Source of the DNA: Candidatus Thioglobus sp.
Lineage (GTDB): Bacteria; Pseudomonadota; Gammaproteobacteria; PS1; Pseudothioglobaceae
NCBI GenBank assembly: GCA_008364125.1
Contig: VSKZ01000001.1
Location: 10,235 to 34,234, forward strand
DNA: 24,000 nt
Reading direction: 5' to 3'
This document shows positions 16,918-24,000 of the stretch, piece after piece. The notes under the pieces were generated by a model. The model saw nothing but the letters and a program-made list of their open reading frames with translations. It ran no database searches and was not told the DNA's origin. Each line of letters opens with the position of its first letter. The first letter of the stretch is position 1. A program made the translations under genes and the position numbers.

Positions 16918-18923
16918 GCTAAAATGAAATAGAGCTTAAAGTTGCTTTGACTTAGGATTATTCCACAAAATGCGACAAAGTTGCCAGTAATAAATATACA
17001 AATCCAGTGCCTATCAAAGTTGCAGAAACGACTTTGGCGAAGGCTAAATTTTTGCCTAAAATGCGTTTGTTGAAAAACCAAATAACATAAGCGATTAAAA
17101 AAGCGATGATGAGTATTCGTAGTAAAAACATAGTTTATGGATTTGCGTAATTTTTCTACAATTTTAATCGCTAATAAGGCGCTGATTGAACTAACTTTTT
17201 GGATTTCTGCTGCTGATGCTTTTTGCACTTCTTGCAGTCCGCCAAAATGATTAAGTAATGCTGTGCGCCGTATTTTTCCTATGCCTTCAACGGCTTCAAG
17301 CACCGAGGTGATGCGTTTTTTGCCGCGTTTTTGCCGATGGTTTTTGATGGCAAATCGATGCGCTTCATCGCGAATATGATTGACTAACATCAGCGCCCTA
17401 TCGTATGGGTCTAAGTTGATTTTTTGGGTTTTTCCATCTTTGACCATAATCAAGGTTTCCAAGCCCGCTTTTCTGCCCTCGCCTTTTGCCACGCCGACCA
17501 GCAGCACAGAATCGATGCCGATAGAATCCATCACCATAATTGCCTGATTAAGTTGCCCGAGTCCACCATCAATAAAAATTACATCTGGCAGCGGTTTTTT
17601 TTCTTTTAACAAACGAGAATAACGCCTAAAAACTGCCTGATTTATCGCCGCATAATCATCACCGGGGGTGATATTGTTGATATTAAATTGGCAATATTGC
17701 TTAGTTTTTGCCAGCCCTTTTACAAACACTACGCAAGATGCAACCGTTGCCTCGCCCATAGTATGACTGATGTCAAAGCATTCCATCAGCTTTGGAGGTG
17801 CTTTTAAATTGAGAGTTTTTTGTAATTGTAAAAATTGCGCTTGTTTGCTCGATTTTGAAATTAGCCGCTGCTTTAAATTTTCCTTAGCGGTGAGCATTGC
17901 AATCTGCAAAAAATGGCGCTTGTCTTTTTGCGGCATATCAATAATTTGGGTGGATAAAGCTGATGATAGCAACTTTTTGTCTGGCAATTTTTCGTTAAGT
18001 AATAGCTGTTTTGGCACACTTTTACCGAGATAATATAGCGGTAAAAAAGCTGACAAAATCTCTATGCCGCTTTTATTTTTGCTGTTTTTTGGAAAAACAC
18101 ACTCTTGCCCAATTTGCTTGCCAGAACGCACAAACACCACCTCAACAGCACATTCTGCACCCTCTGTGGCAATGCTTAGAACATCCATATCGTCCATAGT
18201 TTGAGAGTTGTGCTGCTCTTGAATAGTGCGCAAAGCAATCATCTGGTCGCGTAAATGGGCAGCTTGCTCAAAATCTTGTTTTTTGGCAGCATTTTGCATT
18301 TTTTGTGAAATATTATCCAAAGTTTGCACGCCTTTTCCCGCCAAAAATAAGCCCATCATTTTGACATCTTGAGCATAATTTTTATCGCTGATTTTGCCGG
18401 TACAAGGAGCGCTACAAAGCCCGATTTGATATTCTAAACAAGGGCGAGATCTGGAACGATAAGTGGCATTGGCACATTGCCTGACTTTGAAAATCTTTTT
18501 TAATAAAGTCAGCGAATTTCTAACTATGTGTGCTGATGGAAAAGGTCCAAAATATTGGTATTTTTCATTTTTAGTGCCGCGATAAAGCCCTACGCGCTGG
18601 TGTTTATCGTGGCTGATGTAAATATATGGATAACTTTTAGCGTCTTTAAGCAGAATATTGTATCTGGGTTTATGTTGCTTAATTAGTTGATTTTCCAGCA
18701 AAAGAGCTTGGGTCTCGGTGTCGGTAATCACCACTTCAAAATCTTTAATATTAGTAACTAAAACCTTGGTTTTGCCATCTTGATGAGCCTTGTAAAAATA
18801 GCTGGCAACACGCTTTTTTAGATTTTTTGCCTTACCAACATAAATCACCCGCCCTTGTTTATCAAGCATTTGATAAACACCGGGCTGGCTTGTTAAGTTT
18901 TTTAATTTTTCTTTTATTGACAT
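16914..18923 (-). CDS. uvrC: excinuclease ABC subunit C (with an atypical C-terminal extension)
   Basis: 'LTSQPGVYQMLDKQGRVIYVGKAKNLKKRVASYF' GIY-YIG domain, 'LIKQHKPRYNILLKDAKSYPYI', 'MECFDISHTMGEATVASCVVF', 'DVIFIDGGLGQL', and HhH tail 'VLEAVEGIGKIRRTALLNHFGG'. The conventional protein should end near 'AIKIVEKLRK' (about position 17140), but the frame stays open to 16914. Confidence 0.95.
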   Translation of the reverse strand: MSIKEKLKNLTSQPGVYQMLDKQGRVIYVGKAKNLKKRVASYFYKAHQDGKTKVLVTNIKDFEVVITDTETQALLLENQLIKQHKPRYNILLKDAKSYPYIYISHDKHQRVGLYRGTKNEKYQYFGPFPSAHIVRNSLTLLKKIFKVRQCANATYRSRSRPCLEYQIGLCSAPCTGKISDKNYAQDVKMMGLFLAGKGVQTLDNISQKMQNAAKKQDFEQAAHLRDQMIALRTIQEQHNSQTMDDMDVLSIATEGAECAVEVVFVRSGKQIGQECVFPKNSKNKSGIEILSAFLPLYYLGKSVPKQLLLNEKLPDKKLLSSALSTQIIDMPQKDKRHFLQIAMLTAKENLKQRLISKSSKQAQFLQLQKTLNLKAPPKLMECFDISHTMGEATVASCVVFVKGLAKTKQYCQFNINNITPGDDYAAINQAVFRRYSRLLKEKKPLPDVIFIDGGLGQLNQAIMVMDSIGIDSVLLVGVAKGEGRKAGLETLIMVKDGKTQKINLDPYDRALMLVNHIRDEAHRFAIKNHRQKRGKKRITSVLEAVEGIGKIRRTALLNHFGGLQEVQKASAAEIQKVSSISALLAIKIVEKLRKSINYVFTTNTHHRFFNRLCYLVFQQTHFRQKFSLRQSRFCNFDRHWICIFITGNFVAFCGIILSQSNFKLYFILA
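16958..17131 (-). CDS. small hydrophobic protein, 57 aa, two predicted TM segments (out of frame within the uvrC tail)
   Basis: Hand translation from ATG at 17131: MFLLRILIIAFLIAYVIWFFNKRILGKNLAFAKVVSATLIGTGFVYLLLATLSHFVE*. The two hydrophobic segments separated by a basic loop look more protein-like than the overlapping uvrC frame. Confidence 0.6.
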   Translation of the reverse strand: MFLLRILIIAFLIAYVIWFFNKRILGKNLAFAKVVSATLIGTGFVYLLLATLSHFVE

Positions 18924-18958
18924 CGGGCAAAGGTTAAAATAAGCACATTTTATTATCT

Positions 18959-19627
18959 ATGAATTTGTGGATGAAAAACACAATTAAAATATTATTTATT
19001 ATATTGTTTATTTTGCCGGTTAACGCAACTTTAACTCGTGATAATGTTGCAGATGCGCAAATGTTGACAAATATTATTGACCCGCCAAACACCGCAGCAC
19101 TCAATATTATGGTTGCTGCATTGTCATCGCTAAAAGAGCTTAGGAAGCAAAATCAAGGCACTCCTGAAAACATCGAGGCGCTCATCAAAATTAAACTATT
19201 GCCAAATATTGCGATAGATATTGTAACTAATTTAGTGCTGAAAGATTATTGGAACACTATTGATAGCAAGCAAAAGCAGATTTTACAACAATACATAATT
19301 CAATCGTTGATTGCAGATTACGCCGATATTTTGGGGGCATACGAGCAAATCGGCAATATAAATATTTCGACTGATCCAAATGTAAAACGCCGTGATAATA
19401 GAGCGATTGTCAAGCTGCTTATCAGCCTAAGTGACGGTCAAAATCCTTTTGCAGTAACCTTAAAAATGACACATTCAAACCGTTGGCGCATCTATGATAT
19501 TTTGTTTTCAGGAGTGAGTATCATCAAAAATTATAAGGCGCAATTTAACTCTATAATCAAGCGCAAAGGGCTGGATAATTTTATCAAAGAAATCAATAAA
19601 AAACTAACGAAAAGCACTGATGTATAA
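18959..19627 (+). CDS. mlaC: MlaC / Ttg2D-like phospholipid-binding ABC transporter substrate protein
   Basis: 222 aa with a signal peptide and MlaC-like pattern (central helical segment, 'NPFAVTLKMTHSN.RWRIYDILFSGVSIIKNYKAQFNSIIKRKGLDNFIKEI'). Directly upstream of murA, in line with the mla-murA linkage. Confidence 0.85.
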   Translation: MNLWMKNTIKILFIILFILPVNATLTRDNVADAQMLTNIIDPPNTAALNIMVAALSSLKELRKQNQGTPENIEALIKIKLLPNIAIDIVTNLVLKDYWNTIDSKQKQILQQYIIQSLIADYADILGAYEQIGNINISTDPNVKRRDNRAIVKLLISLSDGQNPFAVTLKMTHSNRWRIYDILFSGVSIIKNYKAQFNSIIKRKGLDNFIKEINKKLTKSTDV

Positions 19628-20879
19628 ACTCATTATTAAAGGAGGAAAGCCGCTAAAAGGCACGATCAAAGCTGCTGGCTCAAAAAACTCATCGCTGCCT
19701 ATTTTATTTTCCTCTATTTTAGCAGACGAGGCAATTACGCTAAGTAACACCCCACAACTTAGCGACATTTCCACTACTTTAAGACTGCTTATGAGCATGG
19801 GTGCTGATTTTATTTTGGAATCCGATTCATCGCTTTTTGTGGATTCATCAAAGCTTAACAACTTGGTTGCTGATTACGATTTGGTAAAAACTATGCGTGC
19901 CTCAATTTTGGTGCTCGGACCGATGCTCACAAAATACGGAAAAGCCAAAGTATCGCTGCCTGGCGGCTGTGCAATCGGCACTCGTCCAGTGAATTTGCAC
20001 TTGCAAGCCTTGGAAGAATTGGGTGCAAAAATTGAGGTTAAAAATGGCTATATTTATGCCCAAACCGATGGCTTGGTGGGAACTGATATTCATTTTGATC
20101 AAGTTACAGTTACTGCCACAGAAAATATAATTATGGCAGCCACACTTGCCAAAGGCACAACCACCATTAATAATGCCGCTCAAGAGCCAGAAGTTTCCGA
20201 CTTGTGCCATTGCCTCAATAAAATGGGCGCAAAAATCAGCGGCATCGGCACTTTAATCATCACTATTGAAGGGGTAAAAAAATTGCACGGCACTGATTAT
20301 TTCGTTTGTTCAGACCGCATAGAATCAGCAACTTATTTGGTGGCAGCGGCAATCACCGGCGGCTCTATCACCGTTAAAAACACCAACCCGCAAGTGATGC
20401 GCTCGGTTTTGGGCAAATTGATTGAAATCGGCGCTGACATAAAAACCAGCAAAAACTCAATCACTTTAAATATGAATGGCAAACGCCCAAAAGCTGTCAA
20501 CATAAAAACCAGCACCTACCCAAATTTTCCAACCGATATGCAGGCCCAATTTACTGCCCTAAATACTATTGCAGAGGGACATAGCACCATTACTGAAAAT
20601 ATTTTTGAGAACCGTTTTATGCACATTCCAGAGCTAATGAGAATGGGTGCTGACCTCAATTTAGAAGGCAACACGGTGATTTGTAAAGGAGTAAAATCAC
20701 TCACGGGAGCGCACTTGATGGCAACCGACTTGCGTGCTTCTGCATCCTTAGTATTAGCAGGATTGGCAGCCAAAGGAACTACCACCATCGAGCGCGTTTA
20801 TCACCTTGACCGTGGCTATGAAACCATTGAAGAAAAACTAAAATTACTCGGCGCTGATGTCGAAAGAGTGCAGGATTAA
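19620..20879 (+). CDS. murA: UDP-N-acetylglucosamine 1-carboxyvinyltransferase
   Basis: 419 aa; 'GGKPLKGTIKAAGSKNSSLPILFSSILA', 'RASILVLGPMLTKYGKAKVSLPGGCAIGTRPVNLHL' with the catalytic Cys, 'FENRFMHIPEL.RMGAD'. Confidence 0.97.
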   Translation: MYKLIIKGGKPLKGTIKAAGSKNSSLPILFSSILADEAITLSNTPQLSDISTTLRLLMSMGADFILESDSSLFVDSSKLNNLVADYDLVKTMRASILVLGPMLTKYGKAKVSLPGGCAIGTRPVNLHLQALEELGAKIEVKNGYIYAQTDGLVGTDIHFDQVTVTATENIIMAATLAKGTTTINNAAQEPEVSDLCHCLNKMGAKISGIGTLIITIEGVKKLHGTDYFVCSDRIESATYLVAAAITGGSITVKNTNPQVMRSVLGKLIEIGADIKTSKNSITLNMNGKRPKAVNIKTSTYPNFPTDMQAQFTALNTIAEGHSTITENIFENRFMHIPELMRMGADLNLEGNTVICKGVKSLTGAHLMATDLRASASLVLAGLAAKGTTTIERVYHLDRGYETIEEKLKLLGADVERVQD

Positions 20880-20881
20880 CT

Positions 20882-21499
20882 ATGCTAACAATCGCATTAT
20901 CAAAAGGTAGAATTCTTGAACAGACCTTGCCACTATTAGAAAAAGCTGGCTTGAAAATTGAGCAGGGCGAGCTAAATTCTAGAAAACTAATTCTCGATAC
21001 TAATCTTGCCGAAGTCAAAGTTATCATCATCCGCGCTACTGATGTGCCTGTTTTTGTGCAACACGGAGCTGCTGACCTCGGTATTACTGGTAAAGATGTG
21101 CTGCTTGAACACGGCAGCAATGGTTTGTTTGAGTTGCTGGACCTAAAAATTGCTAAATGCAAGCTGATGGTCGCTGCTCAAAATAAGCAAAAATTAGAGC
21201 AAAACACCTTAAAAGTTGCCACTAAATATGTCAATTCTGCCAAACTTCATTTTCAAAAACAAGGGCAATCTTGCGAAATTATCAAGCTATACGGAGCAAT
21301 GGAATTAGCTCCAATAGTCGGTTTGGCACATTGCATTGTAGATTTGGTGGACACTGGCAACACCATAAAAGCCAATGGCTTACAGGCTTTTGAACACATT
21401 ACCGACATCAGTTCGCGCTTGATTGTCAATGCAGCGTCATTCAAAACCAAAAACGCTGCCATCAAATCTTGGGCCGACAACATTGCAAAAAACCTATGA
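20882..21499 (+). CDS. hisG: ATP phosphoribosyltransferase, short form
   Basis: 205 aa; '[22 protein letters not shown]', '[26 protein letters not shown]', '[30 protein letters not shown]'. Confidence 0.96.
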   Translation: MLTIALSKGRILEQTLPLLEKAGLKIEQGELNSRKLILDTNLAEVKVIIIRATDVPVFVQHGAADLGITGKDVLLEHGSNGLFELLDLKIAKCKLMVAAQNKQKLEQNTLKVATKYVNSAKLHFQKQGQSCEIIKLYGAMELAPIVGLAHCIVDLVDTGNTIKANGLQAFEHITDISSRLIVNAASFKTKNAAIKSWADNIAKNL

Positions 21500-22791
21500 T
21501 TGCGCGCCTCAAATCCGACCAATCTAATTTCCAAAAACAGCTATCAAAATTATTAGCACGAGATAATATTTCTGACGGCAATATTGATAAAACTGTGAGC
21601 GATATTATTGCCAAAATAAGAGCAGAAGGCGACAGCGCTCTGATTGATTACAGCGTCAAATTTGATGGTGTCAGCGCCACCAAAATGGCAGATTTGAGCA
21701 TCAATTCAAGCGCACTAAAAAGTGCATTTAACGAATTGGACAAAACGCAAAAATCAGCCCTTAGCGCTGCTGCTGAGCGAATTACTAACTATCATCAAAA
21801 ACAGTTACAAAAAACTTGGACTTACTCTGATGATGACGAAACTATGCTCGGGCAAAAAATCACTCCAATTGAGCGAGTTGGCCTGTATGTCCCCGGCGGC
21901 AAGGCCTCTTACCCGTCTTCGGTGTTGATGAACGCCATTCCCGCCAAAGTTGCTGGCGTGGCAGAATTGATTATGGTAGTTCCAGCAGCAAATGGCGTTG
22001 TCAATCCATTAGTGTTGGCAGCTGCGCATATTACTCAGGTTAATCAGGTGTTCACAGTCGGCGGTGCACAGGCAATAGCAGCGCTGGCTTATGGCACAAA
22101 AAGCATTCCAAAAGTTGACAAAATTGTTGGCCCCGGCAATATCTATGTTGCCACTGCCAAGCGCCAAGTATTTGGGCAAGTAGGTATCGATATGATTGCA
22201 GGCCCCAGCGAGATTTTGATTATTTGCGATGGCAAAACCAACCCCGATTGGATTGCGATGGATTTGTTTTCACAGGCTGAACATGACGAAGATGCGCAAT
22301 CTATTTTGCTCAGTCCAGATGCAGATTTCATCGAAAAAGTCGCTGCCAGCATCGAAAAATTGTTACCAACTATGGACAGAAAAAACATAATCGCCAAGGC
22401 TTTAAATTCTCGTGGGGCTCTAATCCAAACCAAAAATATGGACGAAGCAATAGCCATTTCCAATCAAATTGCCCCTGAACATTTAGAGCTTTCTGTCGAA
22501 GATCCAAAATCCATGCTCGGCGACATTCACCATGCTGGCGCTATTTTTATGGGCAGAAACACTTGCGAAGCGCTTGGCGATTATTGCGCAGGCCCTAATC
22601 ATGTGTTGCCAACCTCCGGCACAGCGCGTTTTTCCTCACCGCTGGGAGTGTATGATTTTCAGAAAAAATCATCTTTGATTATGGTATCTGACGCCGGCGC
22701 TAATTCTTTGGGCGAAATCGCTGTTACTCTGGCAGAAGGCGAGGGTTTGCAGGCACACGCTCAATCTGCCCAGTATCGCATTCAGAAATAA
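21496..22791 (+). CDS. hisD: histidinol dehydrogenase
   Basis: '[30 protein letters not shown]', '[54 protein letters not shown]', '[28 protein letters not shown]'. ATG at 21496 overlaps the hisG stop (ATGA), preferred over the track's 21469 start. Confidence 0.96.
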   Translation: MIARLKSDQSNFQKQLSKLLARDNISDGNIDKTVSDIIAKIRAEGDSALIDYSVKFDGVSATKMADLSINSSALKSAFNELDKTQKSALSAAAERITNYHQKQLQKTWTYSDDDETMLGQKITPIERVGLYVPGGKASYPSSVLMNAIPAKVAGVAELIMVVPAANGVVNPLVLAAAHITQVNQVFTVGGAQAIAALAYGTKSIPKVDKIVGPGNIYVATAKRQVFGQVGIDMIAGPSEILIICDGKTNPDWIAMDLFSQAEHDEDAQSILLSPDADFIEKVAASIEKLLPTMDRKNIIAKALNSRGALIQTKNMDEAIAISNQIAPEHLELSVEDPKSMLGDIHHAGAIFMGRNTCEALGDYCAGPNHVLPTSGTARFSSPLGVYDFQKKSSLIMVSDAGANSLGEIAVTLAEGEGLQAHAQSAQYRIQK

Positions 22792-22795
22792 AACT

Positions 22796-24000
22796 GTGTT
22801 AAAGTTAACTGTTTTTGTTGCCGTATTTTTAGCGTTTGCAAATCAAATGCAAATGCAAAAAGCTCTAATTATGCAGTCGTAACTGACCATAAGTTAGCCA
22901 CTGACGCTGCATTAGATATTTTGAAAAAAGGCGGTAGCGCCGCAGATGCAACCGTTGTTGCACAACTCGTACTCACCTTAGTTGAGCCGCAATCCAGCGG
23001 CATTGGTGGCGGTGCTTTTGCACTATTTTGGCACAATAAAACAGCACAATTAGACAGCTATGATGGCAGAGAAACCGCGCCTTTAAACGCAAAAGAAAAC
23101 TACTTTTTTGACGACAATAACCAGCCATTGAAATGGGATTTTGACACCGTGCGTGCTGCAAAATCTGTCGGCGTTCCCGGCACTTTGGCGCTGCTGAAAA
23201 AAATGCACCAACAATACGGAAAACTGCCGTGGAACGACTTGTTAGATAAGGTCATAAAAATTGCAAAATCGGGTTATATTTTGGATAAAAAAATTCATCG
23301 TAACCTAATTTTTGCCCAAAAAAATGGCTTAAACCCAAGCTTTGAAACTGCTTATAATTTTTACTTCCAAAAAAATGGAGAGCCAAAACCAACTGGCACT
23401 GTGCTTAAAAATCCGGCTTTTGCGCAAACATTGGAAACTTTGAAAATCGATGGCATTGGGGCATTTTACGGTGGTTCAATTGCCAAAAAAATATTAAAAT
23501 CCATCTACAAAGCCGATAAACAAGCCAAACCCGGACAAGAAATTAACTTAAAAGATTTTGCCAGTTACCAAGTCAAAATGCGCCCAGCAATTTGCAGCGT
23601 TTATCGCCATTATAAAATTTGCGGTATGGGGCCGCCCAGCTCTGGTGCGCTAACCACTGGGCAAATTTTAGGAATGCTGAATAATTTTAATATGCAAAAA
23701 ATCGGTTTTAGCGCCAAAGGTATTCATCTATTTTCTGAAGCCAGTAAATTAGCTTATGCCGACAGGGCGCTTTATATGGCAGATTCTGATTTTGTGGATA
23801 TGCCCATTCAAGGATTATTAGATACGCATTATTTGAATAAACGCGCACAACTTATCAAGCAGAAAACAGCGGCAAAAACCCCAGTATCAGCAGGCAATCC
23901 GCCCGCAAAAAACGCGCACTCATTGTCGCCCAGTTGGCAAAAAGAACGCCCCAGCACCAGCCATTTTAATGTGGTTGATGCCGATGGCAATGTGGTCTCA
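22796..24000 (+). CDS. ggt: gamma-glutamyltransferase (partial, apparent frameshift after the signal peptide)
   Basis: Frame starting at GTG 22796 gives signal peptide V/M-LKLTVFVAVFLAFANQMQMQKALIMQS* (stop 22880-22882). The frame aligned at 22801 gives '...NYAVVTDHKLATDAALDILKKGGSAADATVVAQLVLTLVEPQSSGIGGGAFALFWHNKTAQLDSYDGRETAP...VGVPGTLALL...GMGPPSSGALTTGQILGML...PSTSHFNVVDADGNVVS', open to the window end. These are clear gamma-glutamyltransferase motifs. Confidence 0.85.

Noticed and set aside
17424-17609. 61-aa plus-strand ORF and others opposite uvrC (17770-18033, 18011-18199)
   Set aside because: Antisense to conserved UvrC domains and rich in Phe/Ser/Cys, as expected for complement translations of this gene.
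1-24000. Possible defence system, CRISPR array, prophage or mobile element
   Set aside because: I saw no regularly spaced repeats, no integrase or transposase motifs, and no toxin-antitoxin pair. The MazG-like protein is a stand-alone pyrophosphohydrolase between housekeeping genes with no accompanying defence genes.

Overview
The window is an AT-rich, densely packed stretch of bacterial chromosome that looks gammaproteobacterial from its gene content and order (for example cmk-rpsA-ihfB, and mlaC-murA-hisG-hisD). Almost everything is housekeeping. Minus strand: the 5' part of a TolC-like gene, aroK, a small CHCC zinc-ribbon protein, ilvE and lysC. Plus strand: an M48 protease, a small cytochrome c and rsgA. 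Minus strand: a secreted rhodanese/metallo-beta-lactamase fusion, a zinc-ribbon methyltransferase, slyD, tRNA-Lys(TTT), ihfB, rpsA, cmk, a MazG-like pyrophosphohydrolase, lysS, a TPR protein and ccmH. Plus strand: uup and a HAD-IB phosphatase. Minus strand: uvrC. Plus strand: mlaC, murA, hisG, hisD and a partial gamma-glutamyltransferase gene. I found no CRISPR array, mobile element, phage module or defence system, and I do not see a convincing new multi-gene system. The items most worth a second look are: (i) an apparent one-base frame break between the signal peptide and the mature domain of the gamma-glutamyltransferase; (ii) a roughly 74-codon abnormal tail on uvrC that overlaps an out-of-frame 57-aa membrane-protein ORF absent from the supplied track; (iii) a periplasmic rhodanese-MBL fusion whose canonical HxHxDH motif appears to be replaced by SQSHAI; and (iv) a second hydrophobic small ORF upstream of lysC with no standard start codon.
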